From the NCBI GenBank assembly GCA_014360755.1, contig JACIWX010000003.1, positions 283,678 to 347,677 of the forward strand: a DNA stretch of 64,000 nt. Direction: 5' to 3'. The translations under genes were made by a program, and so were the position numbers. The notes below the pieces were generated by a model. It did no database searches and was not told where the DNA came from. It was given only the letters and a program-made list of their open reading frames with translations. Below, piece after piece: positions 28,059-37,614 of the stretch (positions within the stretch are counted from its first letter, which is position 1; the number at the start of each line of letters is the position of its first letter). This DNA comes from Chloroflexota bacterium. GTDB lineage: Bacteria > Chloroflexota > Anaerolineae > UBA2200.

Positions 28059-29567
28059 ATGCAAATCATTGAGCTTCAAGGCGACGAGAATATTGCAGTC
28101 ATTCGAAACCTCCTGGAGCAAGCCACTGATCAGGAGGTGGTGCTCTTTGTGCCCAGGGGATGTGAGGCACTAGAGAGGAACGAAGTCAACCTCAGGGTAT
28201 TGCGCCGCTGGGCGGACAATCTTGCCTTGCACGTTGCCCTGGTCATCGAGGACAGGGGTACGCATGTTATGGCCCGGCAAGCAGGATTTGTTTTGTTACC
28301 CTCTATTGCCAAAGCCCAGCAAACCAATCTGCGCCTTTTGGAACGCCGCAAGCGCCGTTTCGAAGGGTTGCCACCACGTCCGAGTCCTGCTGTACCGCTT
28401 GCCCCGCCAAGACAGACGCCGAGCAGGGCTGCCCGGAGACCCACCTCCCGCGTCTTCGTTGGCATCCTGGTCAGTTTGCTCGCCTTCCTGACCCTTACGC
28501 TGACCGTGCTGGTCATCTTGCCCAGCGCTACGATCACCCTTACGCCGGTCAGTGAGCCTGTAGAAGCCTCTATGGAAATCGTCGGCGTAGCTGGCTTGAC
28601 GGACATCAATTACGGCCTGGCTGAAGTACCAGCGCGCTTAGTTTCTGTTGAACGCGAGGGCAGTGATAAGATTGCCACCACAGATCGGCGGGACGTCCCG
28701 GATGCACACGCACAAGGAACGGTAATCTTTGCCAATAAAACGACCATTCCAGTAACGATCACTAAGGGTACGGTGGTGCGCACCAGCACTGGCGACAATG
28801 TGCGCTTCTATACTGTGGCTGATGCCTGGTTGCCTGGTGAACTGTTCGCCACGGTGCGTGTGGGTATCCTGGCAGCAGAGCCAGGCCCAAAAGGCAATGT
28901 GCCTGCCCTGAGCATCAATGTAATAGAAGGCGAACTGGCTGCACAAGCTGATGTGTTGAATGATGCGCGCACCAGCGGTGGCACAGTGCGCCGAATGCCC
29001 ATCGTAGCTAGCGAAGATGAGGTGAACCTGCGTGCTAAATTGATGAAACGCCTGCAGGAAGAAGCCTACCGCGAATTGACGGCTGCCCTAAGCAAGAGTG
29101 AGTTCATTCCCCCGGATTCCCTGAGCATTGCAATCATAAACGAGAAGTTTGATCACAAAGTGGGGGACATGGCAGATGAGCTGGGCATGAGCATGAAAGT
29201 AAGGGTAACCGGCTTGGCAGTTGACACTGCCAATGGAGAGAAACTGTTGCTACGGCTGCTAGAGCAACGCATGAAACCAGGCTATCGCTTGCTTGAGGAG
29301 AGTGCTTCCTTTCAGCAGGATGGTTTGATTGAGGCCTCATCCAACAAAGCGCGTTTTCGCATGAGCGCACGGGCCAGAATCGCGCCTGCTATTGACGCTA
29401 GTGAGGTCAGGCATGCCGTTGCCGGCAAGACGATTGAAGCAGCCAGAGAACACCTGATGCGACAATTCAAACTCAGCACTGCTCCGCAGATTCAATTGCA
29501 GAACAGCTTGCTCCAGCGTTTGCCATGGTGGACCGCTCGCATTCATGTGCGGGTTAGCACAAGGTGA
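28059..29567 (+). CDS. hypothetical membrane-anchored protein (single TM near residue 145; possible baseplate-J-like beta-rich domain, low confidence)
   Basis: 502-aa ORF with a clean frame, an Arg/Pro-rich linker, then the hydrophobic segment VFVGILVSLLAFLTLTLTVLVIL. It sits in the conserved alaS-X-ruvX-mltG neighbourhood. Confidence 0.5.
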   Translation: MQIIELQGDENIAVIRNLLEQATDQEVVLFVPRGCEALERNEVNLRVLRRWADNLALHVALVIEDRGTHVMARQAGFVLLPSIAKAQQTNLRLLERRKRRFEGLPPRPSPAVPLAPPRQTPSRAARRPTSRVFVGILVSLLAFLTLTLTVLVILPSATITLTPVSEPVEASMEIVGVAGLTDINYGLAEVPARLVSVEREGSDKIATTDRRDVPDAHAQGTVIFANKTTIPVTITKGTVVRTSTGDNVRFYTVADAWLPGELFATVRVGILAAEPGPKGNVPALSINVIEGELAAQADVLNDARTSGGTVRRMPIVASEDEVNLRAKLMKRLQEEAYRELTAALSKSEFIPPDSLSIAIINEKFDHKVGDMADELGMSMKVRVTGLAVDTANGEKLLLRLLEQRMKPGYRLLEESASFQQDGLIEASSNKARFRMSARARIAPAIDASEVRHAVAGKTIEAAREHLMRQFKLSTAPQIQLQNSLLQRLPWWTARIHVRVSTR

Positions 29568-29570
29568 GCC

Positions 29571-29978
29571 ATGCGCATATTGGCGGTAGATATAGGGGAG
29601 AAACGTATTGGCGTTGCGCTAAGCGACGCCCTAGGCTGGCTGGCTACCCCATTAACGGTGATCACGTACAAAAAGCGTGAGGAAGGCCTTGCCGCTATCG
29701 CGGAATTGGTGCGTACACACCAGGTAGGACAGGTGATTGTAGGCTATCCGCGGAGTCTAAACGGCACCGTTGGCCCCCAAGCCAGGCAGGTCGACAAGTT
29801 CGTGGCACAACTTCGTGCTCGCCTAGAGGTACCGATCGTGTTGTGGGATGAGCGCTTGTCCACAGCCCAGGCTGAGCGCCTTGTCCACGAAACGGGTAGG
29901 AGTGTGCAACGCGAGCGTATTGACGCCTTAGCAGCAGCGGTGATCCTGCAAAGTTATTTGGACGCACAAAGGCACTAA
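29571..29978 (+). CDS. ruvX: putative pre-16S rRNA nuclease / Holliday-junction resolvase-like RuvX (YqgF)
   Basis: MRILAVDIGEKRIGVALSD... is a YqgF RNase-H-like fold. 135 aa. Confidence 0.8.
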   Translation: MRILAVDIGEKRIGVALSDALGWLATPLTVITYKKREEGLAAIAELVRTHQVGQVIVGYPRSLNGTVGPQARQVDKFVAQLRARLEVPIVLWDERLSTAQAERLVHETGRSVQRERIDALAAAVILQSYLDAQRH

Positions 29979-30044
29979 AGGGTGAACATGACAGATGGCT
30001 GCGCTTGAACTGGCAGCCTGCCATCTTAAGTAAGGAGGCTCTCT

Positions 30045-31190
30045 TTGGAAGGAAGCAAGCGTGCTCTGATACGGATTATGCTTTTCCTGCTTGGAGTGGT
30101 GCTTATCCTGGGCATTGCCACGGGGACCGTCTGGTTTTTCATCCGCCAGATGCGCACGGCTGCATTACAACCAGGTACCCAAGTGGACTTGACATCCTTG
30201 GAAAAGACACTGCTGGGCATTTATCTTAACCTGCGCCGGGATGAAATCGAGACGCCACCTAGTGCGGATGACACGCCTGTCCCGTTCACCATCCAACCTG
30301 GCGAAAATGGGACTACTGTTGCAGTGCGTTTAGAACGTTTAGGGATTATCCGCGATGCAGAACTGTTCCGGCTCTTGTTGCGCTATTGGGGGGTGGATGC
30401 GCAACTTGAAGCAGGGGATTACGAACTGCGACGCAACATGTCCATGCCCGAAGTCATAAGCCAGTTGCAGCATGGGCGTCTGCGCGCCAAGAGAGTTACG
30501 ATCCGCGAAGGGCTGCGTGCGGAAGAAATTGCATACCTTTTAGCTACAGAGGGTTTAGTAGACCAAGAAGAATTCATTCGCCTCGTACGTGACGATGCTT
30601 TCCACTACGATTTCCTGCGCGATCGGCCAGCCACTGCTCCCAAAACACTGGAAGGGTTCCTCTTTCCTGATACCTACGAGTTTCCAGTGAACATCACTAC
30701 CACTGCTTTGATTGACATTATGTTGCAGAATTTTGACCGGCGAGTCACGATCGAAATGCGCAAGCAGGCTCTTGACCAGGGTTTGACTCTGTTTCAGGTA
30801 CTCACACTGGCTTCCATCGTCGAGCGCGAAGCCGTAGTTCCCGAAGAACGGCCGATTATTGCCAGTGTATACCTCAATCGATTGCGCCGAGGCATTTATC
30901 TAGAAGCCGATCCAACGGTACAATACGCCAAAGGCTATGATCCAAAAACAGGAAGCTGGTGGCCACACCTTTCGCTGGAAGAGTTGCGCGCCGTGGATTC
31001 ACCGTTTAACACCTTTATCCATCCTGGCCTTCCTCCTGGTCCGATCTGCAATCCGGGCTTGGCTTCCATCGAGGCCGTCCTAAATCCCGCAGATACCAAA
31101 TACCTTTTCTTCCATGCCAAAGGCGATGGCACGCATGCTTTTGCTGAGACTTTCGAGGAACATTTGGAAAACCAAAAGAAATACCGCTGA
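30045..31190 (+). CDS. mltG: endolytic murein transglycosylase MltG (YceG family)
   Basis: N-terminal TM helix and YceG domain with the conserved catalytic Glu region (LASIVEREA). TTG start preceded by AAGGAGG. Confidence 0.8.
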   Translation: MEGSKRALIRIMLFLLGVVLILGIATGTVWFFIRQMRTAALQPGTQVDLTSLEKTLLGIYLNLRRDEIETPPSADDTPVPFTIQPGENGTTVAVRLERLGIIRDAELFRLLLRYWGVDAQLEAGDYELRRNMSMPEVISQLQHGRLRAKRVTIREGLRAEEIAYLLATEGLVDQEEFIRLVRDDAFHYDFLRDRPATAPKTLEGFLFPDTYEFPVNITTTALIDIMLQNFDRRVTIEMRKQALDQGLTLFQVLTLASIVEREAVVPEERPIIASVYLNRLRRGIYLEADPTVQYAKGYDPKTGSWWPHLSLEELRAVDSPFNTFIHPGLPPGPICNPGLASIEAVLNPADTKYLFFHAKGDGTHAFAETFEEHLENQKKYR

Positions 31191-31217
31191 TTCGGCTATT
31201 TGTGCTTTTTTGCACTA

Positions 31218-31248
31218 TTTGCCAAAGCTGGCAAAGCTGTGTACAATG
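31218..31248 (+). promoter_or_regulatory. putative promoter with operator-like inverted repeat upstream of the metF-associated operon
   Basis: Inverted repeat TTTGCCA-AAGCT-TGGCAAA at 31218-31235 overlaps a -35-like TTGCCA. -10 TACAAT lies at 31243-31248 with an 18-bp spacer. Confidence 0.35.
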
Positions 31249-31316
31249 TCGCCGACTGCGTTGTTCCAGAAGCAGCCGGATTAAACATCGCCCCAAAATA
31301 GAAAGGATAGCCGAGT

Positions 31317-33410
31317 ATGAGCAACCTAAGCGACCGATCTACATTGCCTGCGGAACCGCTTCCTCCATGTCAGGTTGCCTGTCCAGCACACACCGATGTC
31401 CGGGGCTATATCCACGCCATCGCGCGCGGAGATTTTGAAGAAGCCTACCGTATAGCGCGCGAACCCAATCCCTTGCCTTACATCTGCGGCAAGGTTTGTG
31501 CTCATCCCTGTGAGACCGAATGCCGACGCGGTGACGTTGATGAGCCCGTCGCCATCTGTGCGCTGAAGCGTTTCGCGACAGAGCAACACGACCTGAGCAA
31601 AGGCCATGCGCCAGGGCTAACCGTCGCAGAGCCAAAGGAGGAAAAAGTAGCGATCGTCGGCTCAGGCCCCGGCGGCCTGACCGCTGCCCATGACCTGGCA
31701 CGCATGGGTTATAAAGTTACCGTCTTCGAAGCTTACCCCAAAGTTGGCGGCATGATGCAATATGGCATTCCTCTCTATCGCTTGCCGCGTGAGACCATTG
31801 ACCTTGAAACGGCCCCCCTGAAGGATCTAGGCGTCGAGTTCGTCACTAATCAGCGGGTTACCGATGTAGACGCCTTGCTCGCAGATGGCTACAAAGCAGT
31901 ATTCCTGGCCGTTGGTTCTCATGTGGGACGCAAGCTACGCATTCCCAATGCAGACCTGCCTGATGTCTGGTTGAACACGGAATTCCTGCGGCGGGTGGCT
32001 TTGGGAGAGAAGATTGACCTGAGAGGACGCCACGTGCTGGTGCTGGGAGGAGGCAACGTAGCCATAGATGTGGCACGCACAGCATTGCGCCTGGGTGCAG
32101 CCGAGGTTTCCATGACTTGTTTGGAGAGCTGCACCACACAGCCAGCACATCCTTGGGAAATCAAGGAGGCTGTGGAAGAGGGCGTGCAGATGTTCCATGA
32201 CCGCACATTCAAAGAAATTGTCGCTGAGAATGGCAAAGTCAAGGGCGTGCGCTGCGTCAAGGTGAACTTCCGTGGCTTCTTGCCAACTGGTGCGCCGGAC
32301 ATGGATGAATTCCCCGAAACAGAGCATGTCCTCCCGGCAGATTTGGTCATTTTTGCGATTGGCCAGGGCCCTGACCTCAGTTTCCTGCCCCAAGATGGCT
32401 CTATTGCTCAGACACCACGGCGCACAATCCAAGTCAATCCTGTTACCTTGGCTACTACCAAACCAGGCGTCTTTGCCGGTGGGGATGCCGTCACTGGTGT
32501 GGGATTTATTATTGATGCTATTGCAGCAGGGCATCGCGCTGCTCGCTCCATAGACGCTTACCTGCGAGGTCTTGATCCGGCTTCTGTGCAGCCTCCTGAG
32601 CCGCAGAAGCTCAATGATCTGCAACAAAAGACCATCTCCCACATCCGCCACCTGAAGCGCGAAGAGATGCCCATGTTGGATGTCAACCAACGCAAGTTCA
32701 CCTTTGACGAAGTATACCTAGGCTATACGGAGGCACAGGCTATCCGCGCCGCGCATCGCTGCCTTACTTGTGGCGCGGGTGCGCGAGTAGAGGAAACCAA
32801 GTGCATTGCTTGCCTCACCTGCGTGCGGGTCTGCCCTTATGAAGTGCCATTACTGGCGCGTGGCACTGCAAATGTGCCTGTAGATCAGTGTCAAGCCTGT
32901 GGCATTTGCGCGACCGAGTGCCCGGCGAAAGCGATCTCGATGAAACTCTATTCCGATGAGGACATGATCAAACAGATTCGCGATGCGGTGCGCAAGGCCA
33001 AGTACAATGGCGAACCGGCCATTGTAGGCTTTGCCTGTCGCTATTGTGCCTATGCTGGCGAGGATGCGAACGTAGTCAAAGCAAGCCTGCCGGCGAATGT
33101 GCAAACCATTGACGTGCTGTGCACGGGGAAGGTAGATGCTCTGTACCTGCTGAAGGCCTTCGAATTTGGTGCCGATGGCGTATTTGTGGCAGGTTGTCTG
33201 GAAGGCGAGTGTCACAATGACAAGGGCAATGTCCACGCTGCAAAACGCGTGGCTTACGTAAAAGGATTGCTGGATGAACTCGCTCTGGGCAATGCACGGC
33301 TGGAAATGTTCCACATGTCCCCTGACCAATGCGCCAACATGGCCGAGGTCGTCAGCACACTGATTACAAAGGTCAAAGAATTGGGACCTAGTCCGGTGAG
33401 GAGAAGCTAA
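31317..33410 (+). CDS. fusion oxidoreductase: GltD/NfnB-like FAD-NAD(P) domain + 2x[4Fe-4S] ferredoxin + MvhD-like domain
   Basis: N-terminal Cys cluster (CQVACPAHTD...CGKVCAHPCETEC) and dinucleotide fold GSGPGGLTAAHDLARMGYKVTVFE. Two CxxCxxCxxxCP motifs (CIACLTCVRVCP, CQACGICATECP). The C-terminus (VGFACRYCAYAGED...LCTGKVD...) matches the methyl-viologen-reducing hydrogenase delta-subunit family. Confidence 0.7.
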   Translation: MSNLSDRSTLPAEPLPPCQVACPAHTDVRGYIHAIARGDFEEAYRIAREPNPLPYICGKVCAHPCETECRRGDVDEPVAICALKRFATEQHDLSKGHAPGLTVAEPKEEKVAIVGSGPGGLTAAHDLARMGYKVTVFEAYPKVGGMMQYGIPLYRLPRETIDLETAPLKDLGVEFVTNQRVTDVDALLADGYKAVFLAVGSHVGRKLRIPNADLPDVWLNTEFLRRVALGEKIDLRGRHVLVLGGGNVAIDVARTALRLGAAEVSMTCLESCTTQPAHPWEIKEAVEEGVQMFHDRTFKEIVAENGKVKGVRCVKVNFRGFLPTGAPDMDEFPETEHVLPADLVIFAIGQGPDLSFLPQDGSIAQTPRRTIQVNPVTLATTKPGVFAGGDAVTGVGFIIDAIAAGHRAARSIDAYLRGLDPASVQPPEPQKLNDLQQKTISHIRHLKREEMPMLDVNQRKFTFDEVYLGYTEAQAIRAAHRCLTCGAGARVEETKCIACLTCVRVCPYEVPLLARGTANVPVDQCQACGICATECPAKAISMKLYSDEDMIKQIRDAVRKAKYNGEPAIVGFACRYCAYAGEDANVVKASLPANVQTIDVLCTGKVDALYLLKAFEFGADGVFVAGCLEGECHNDKGNVHAAKRVAYVKGLLDELALGNARLEMFHMSPDQCANMAEVVSTLITKVKELGPSPVRRS

Positions 33411-33411
33411 C

Positions 33412-34080
33412 ATGATCAAAGCACAACAAAAACCCATCGCCGAGATCAAGGCATTGATCGCTCCATACCACAGAATCCTGATCCTTGGCTGTGGTACATG
33501 TGTTACCATCAGTTTTGCCGGTGGCGAGAAAGAGGTTGGATTGCTGGCTTCCAGCCTGCGCATTGCTTCGGCTATGGAGGGACAGGATAAAATATTCGCT
33601 GAAGCAACTGTGCAGCGCCAGTGTGAATGGGAGTTCATTGATGCTGTTGCGGAACAGATTCAGCAAGCAGATGCCGTTCTCTCTCTCGCTTGTGGCATTG
33701 GGGTGCAAGCCCTAGCCGAGCGCTATCCCGATAAGGTTGTCCTGCCTGGTGTGAATACCACCTTCCTAGGCATGGCGGTGGAGCACGGCGTCCTGGTAGA
33801 GCGTTGCCGTGCCTGCGGTGATTGCATCCTGGGCTTGACTGGTGGCGTGTGTCCTATTGCGCGCTGTGCCAAAAACCTGCTCAATGGCCCCTGTGGTGGC
33901 TCGCAGAATGGCAAATGCGAGGTTAATCCGGAGCTTGACTGTGCCTGGCAGCTCATCTATGACCGCTTAGCCAGATTGGGACAACTAGACCGCTTGGCCG
34001 CCCTGATGCCATACAAGGATTGGTCTAAGGACTATGACGGCGGCCCACGTAAGATTGTAAGGGAGGATCTGAGGCTATGA
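33412..34080 (+). CDS. metV: MetV-like methylene-tetrahydrofolate reductase small/C-terminal-domain subunit
   Basis: 222 aa. Cys-rich (GCGTC...CRACGDC...CPIARC) zinc-ribbon-containing protein immediately upstream of, and overlapping, metF, as in acetogen metV-metF pairs. Confidence 0.65.
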   Translation: MIKAQQKPIAEIKALIAPYHRILILGCGTCVTISFAGGEKEVGLLASSLRIASAMEGQDKIFAEATVQRQCEWEFIDAVAEQIQQADAVLSLACGIGVQALAERYPDKVVLPGVNTTFLGMAVEHGVLVERCRACGDCILGLTGGVCPIARCAKNLLNGPCGGSQNGKCEVNPELDCAWQLIYDRLARLGQLDRLAALMPYKDWSKDYDGGPRKIVREDLRL

Positions 34081-35000
34081 AAGTCGGCAGTAATCTCGAA
34101 AAAGTGCTCACCAGCGGCTACTTTGCCGCTACTGGGGAATTGGGCCCTCCCAAAAGCGCTGACCCAGGAGTGATCCGCCATAAAGCGAGCCTGCTCAAGG
34201 GGTACGTGGACGCGGTCAACATCACCGATAACCAGACAGCCATTGTCCGTATGTCGAGCATCTCTGTGGGCATCATGCTATTGCAATTGGGGCTAGAGCC
34301 CACGATTCAAATGACGTGTCGTGACCGCAATCGCTTGGCGATTCAATCCGACCTGCTGGGGGCAGCTGCCCATGGCGTGAAGAACCTGCTCTGTCTGACA
34401 GGCGACCACCAACGCTTTGGCAACCATCCCACAGCCCGTGGGGTATACGACCTGGATTCCATCCAGCTGATCCAGATGGTCAAAACGATGCGCGATGAGA
34501 AAAAGTTCGCTTGCGGCGAAGAAATGGATGTCGAGCCACGTTTCTTTATCGGGGCAGCGGAAAACCCCTTTGCAGACCCATTTGATTACCGGCCTTATCG
34601 CTTGGCGAAGAAGATTGCGGCAGGAGCGGACTTTATACAGACTCAGCTTATTTACAATGTACCCAAGTTCAAAGAGTTCATGAAGCGGGTTTGTGATCTA
34701 GGTTTGCACGAAAAGTGTTACATCCTGGCTGGGGTTGGTCCCATTAAAAGCGTCGGTATGGCTCGTTATATGCAGACCAGCGTCCCTGGTATGGACGTGC
34801 CTGAAGAAATTGTGGCACGGTTGAAGGGGGTGCCAAAGGATCAAGTGCGCAAAGAGGGCATCAAGCAGTGCGCGGACATTATCTCTGAAATACGGGAGAT
34901 CCCAGGCGTCGCCGGCGTACACGTTATGGCCATCGAATGGGAAGAGGCCGTGCCCGAAATCCTGGAACTGGCAGGACTGCTGCCACGGCCAAAGGTATAA
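34077..35000 (+). CDS. metF: 5,10-methylenetetrahydrofolate reductase
   Basis: MTHFR TIM-barrel motifs (VNITDNQTAIVRMSS, LCLTGDH). 307 aa. Confidence 0.85.
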   Translation: MKVGSNLEKVLTSGYFAATGELGPPKSADPGVIRHKASLLKGYVDAVNITDNQTAIVRMSSISVGIMLLQLGLEPTIQMTCRDRNRLAIQSDLLGAAAHGVKNLLCLTGDHQRFGNHPTARGVYDLDSIQLIQMVKTMRDEKKFACGEEMDVEPRFFIGAAENPFADPFDYRPYRLAKKIAAGADFIQTQLIYNVPKFKEFMKRVCDLGLHEKCYILAGVGPIKSVGMARYMQTSVPGMDVPEEIVARLKGVPKDQVRKEGIKQCADIISEIREIPGVAGVHVMAIEWEEAVPEILELAGLLPRPKV

Positions 35001-35048
35001 AACCGTAGGCACGGGTTCGTTCTGGTAGTCTTACTGTAGGCATCTGGT

Positions 35049-35639
35049 TTATGGACCTTTGGCTCTGCGAAGCTGGGCCACGTATATGCGACGAATCTCA
35101 GTAAAGATTTCGATATAGCGCGGGCTGGCATAGTCCGGATAAGTCCATTCCCAGGGATGGAAAGCACCGTGTCTATATTGTAGGGTTACTTCGGCATAAA
35201 TGCCCTGCCCCAAATAGATGCGATGAGAATAGTCTTTGGTGGTAGCCAACACGAGCTTGCCCAGTGAGACGTAGCCTGGATCCAAATTGACACGGCGCCG
35301 TCCCTCTACAGCCCAGGTCATTTCCAGGTCGTTGGTGATGCGTTTGATCTCGGCCAATCGGTCTGGCGGAACCAATTCCATGAAGGCAACAATTTGCCGC
35401 ACCAATCCTTCGCCGAACTCGCGGGCATAATAGGAGGTGCGGTTAAAAGGCAACAACTCGCTTTGGTAGTCAATGGGTCCAAAGCGGTTGGCTAATGCCC
35501 CTCTGGCCACTGCCAATAGGGTTTCATCTGCAGTAAAAATGCTGGCAATCAACTTGACGGGGGGCGGTTCATTGATCTTGCCCATCTCCAACCCTTCCTC
35601 TGTCCGAGTATTATAGCGGAAAAGCGAGTGGGTCCACAA
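35049..35639 (-). CDS. hypothetical protein (conserved, unknown function)
   Basis: 196-aa ORF with good RBS context. No catalytic motif recognised. Confidence 0.45.
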   Translation of the reverse strand: MWTHSLFRYNTRTEEGLEMGKINEPPPVKLIASIFTADETLLAVARGALANRFGPIDYQSELLPFNRTSYYAREFGEGLVRQIVAFMELVPPDRLAEIKRITNDLEMTWAVEGRRRVNLDPGYVSLGKLVLATTKDYSHRIYLGQGIYAEVTLQYRHGAFHPWEWTYPDYASPRYIEIFTEIRRIYVAQLRRAKGP

Positions 35640-35810
35640 AAATGATGAGTAACGAGTGATGAGTGCGGGTTATAACAAGTACCAATGGTAACGGTTCTCC
35701 CCAATTTTTTACCTAAAATGCGCGTATCTTACACCTATGCTCCAATACTTGTCTGGCTGTTACTCGTATACTTTGTTACAAAATACAAGGGAGGAAAGTA
35801 GTACGAGCCT

Positions 35811-37049
35811 GTGAAGCCATCCGCGCCATGCCCTATGGCAGCGAATTCTCAAAGAGGAGCACAAATGGATAGGGGAACTTGTGACAATGAGTTCCCTGTT
35901 GACACATCTTCTCCAGTGAATATGCACGATACGCCCATATTTACCGAGGCCATCACCTCGCCCGCATCTCGATCCTTACGGCCTCCTCGAGGCATTGTTG
36001 TCCTCTACAGCGCTGCGGACAAGCCAAGTACCCATGGCTCGAGAGACATCCTGGCTGATCTGGAAACGATCGCCACAGCCCAAGCAGTTGCTAAGGTTTT
36101 GCAACAGCATGCCCATTGGGAGGTTCGCCTTCTCCCCGCTGCACATCACGTGGAAAAGAAACTAGCCCTATACCCACCAGAAGATTATGTGGTGTTCAAC
36201 CTATTTGAAGGGTTAGACTGCCCTGCGGAAATAGAAATAGAAGGAGAAGATGGCTATCGTTGGGACGAGGAAGCTCGCGCCGCTTTTACTCTGCAAGAAC
36301 TCGGTTACCGTTTCACGGGCGCAGATGGGCACATTTTGGCTCTTGCTCTGAACAAGGCTGAGGCAAAAACGGTCCTGGAGCGAAATGGTATACTCACTCC
36401 GCCTTGGCGTGTCTTTACTCATCCAGATGAGGTAGAGGCGAATAATTTGGGAACTCTGACCTTCCCAGTGATCGTCAAGCCTGTGGCTGAGGACAGCAGC
36501 CTGGGCATTAATGGCAACGCTGTGGTGAACGATGTGGCTAGCCTGCGTGCGAGAGTCGCTTACCTTATTGAGCGCTATCGCCAGAATGTGCTTGTGGAGA
36601 CATTCATTGACGGTCGGGAGTTCAACATCTCTATTTGGGGCAGCCCGCCCCAAGTATTGCCTCTGGCAGAAGTAGATTTAAGCGCGTTGGGCAGCCCAGA
36701 GAAGCGCATCGTTTCGTTTGCTGCCAAATGGGAGGAAAACTCGTTTGAATACACTCACACTCCTGTTATTTGCCCAGCCATTGTAGCAAAAGAGCTGGCT
36801 GAGCGCATCCGCGATACCGCCTTGCGAGCGTGGGAAGCCATAGGCGGACGGCGGGGATATGGGCGTGTGGACATGCGCGTGCGCGATGAACAGGTATATG
36901 TACTTGAGGTGAACCCCAACCCCTCGTTGGCACCTGATGCTGGCTTTGCGCGCGCCGCTCTCGCCGCAGGCTTTGACTATGCACATATGATCCTTAACAT
37001 CCTTTCTTTTGTTACGGAGGAAATCCTTGTTCACGATTCATCCCATTGA
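35811..37049 (+). CDS. D-alanine--D-alanine ligase-family ATP-grasp enzyme with ~90-aa N-terminal extension
   Basis: The C-terminal half aligns with Ddl (VIVKPVAEDSSLGI...EVLVETFIDGREF...GRVDMRVRDEQVYVLEVNPNPSL). The first-substrate region differs from canonical Ddl (EGLDCPAEIEIEGEDGYRW instead of HG.GGEDG). GTG start after AAGGGAGGAAAG. Confidence 0.6.
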   Translation: MKPSAPCPMAANSQRGAQMDRGTCDNEFPVDTSSPVNMHDTPIFTEAITSPASRSLRPPRGIVVLYSAADKPSTHGSRDILADLETIATAQAVAKVLQQHAHWEVRLLPAAHHVEKKLALYPPEDYVVFNLFEGLDCPAEIEIEGEDGYRWDEEARAAFTLQELGYRFTGADGHILALALNKAEAKTVLERNGILTPPWRVFTHPDEVEANNLGTLTFPVIVKPVAEDSSLGINGNAVVNDVASLRARVAYLIERYRQNVLVETFIDGREFNISIWGSPPQVLPLAEVDLSALGSPEKRIVSFAAKWEENSFEYTHTPVICPAIVAKELAERIRDTALRAWEAIGGRRGYGRVDMRVRDEQVYVLEVNPNPSLAPDAGFARAALAAGFDYAHMILNILSFVTEEILVHDSSH

Positions 37050-37506
37050 AGAACAAGACCGTGAAGCGGTCCTAGCCATTTCAGAAGGAGTGGGAGTATT
37101 CACCCCAGAAGAAGTAGCCTGTGTAGATGATCTTCTCCAAGTGTATCTTTACAAGCCTGAACAGCAGGACTATACCTTTATAGGTGCTTATAACCAGAGC
37201 GGTTCCCTCCTTGGCTATGTCTGCTTTGGCCCCACTCCATTGACAAAAGGGACATATAGCATCTATTGGATAGCGGTCAGCAAGTCCGCACAAGGACAAG
37301 GAGTAGGACGCGCGTTGTTAGACTGGGCTGAGCAATATCTGCGCGCCGCATGTGCTCGTTTATTGATCCTTGAAACCAGCAGCACACCCGAGTACAGACC
37401 AGCGCGCAGGTTCTACAAGAAATTGGGCTACAAAGGCTGTACTCGTGTGCCGGACTTTTACAGCCCCGGGGACGATCTGGTGATATTCTATAAGGCGTTG
37501 CGCTAA
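37027..37506 (+). CDS. GNAT-family N-acetyltransferase
   Basis: Acetyl-CoA binding motif (QGQGVGRALLDWAE). The probable TTG start at 37027 follows GGAGG (37016-37020) and overlaps the ATP-grasp gene 3' end by 23 nt. Confidence 0.65.
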   Translation: MFTIHPIEEQDREAVLAISEGVGVFTPEEVACVDDLLQVYLYKPEQQDYTFIGAYNQSGSLLGYVCFGPTPLTKGTYSIYWIAVSKSAQGQGVGRALLDWAEQYLRAACARLLILETSSTPEYRPARRFYKKLGYKGCTRVPDFYSPGDDLVIFYKALR

Positions 37507-37614
37507 CTAGCGACTGCTCGTTGTATCATGTATAATGCATTTGCCTCAGAGGTTTCCCAGCCAAGCAGCCTGAAGGCATGCACAAACTCCCCTTGAAAGG
37601 CACGGAGGAAACAA

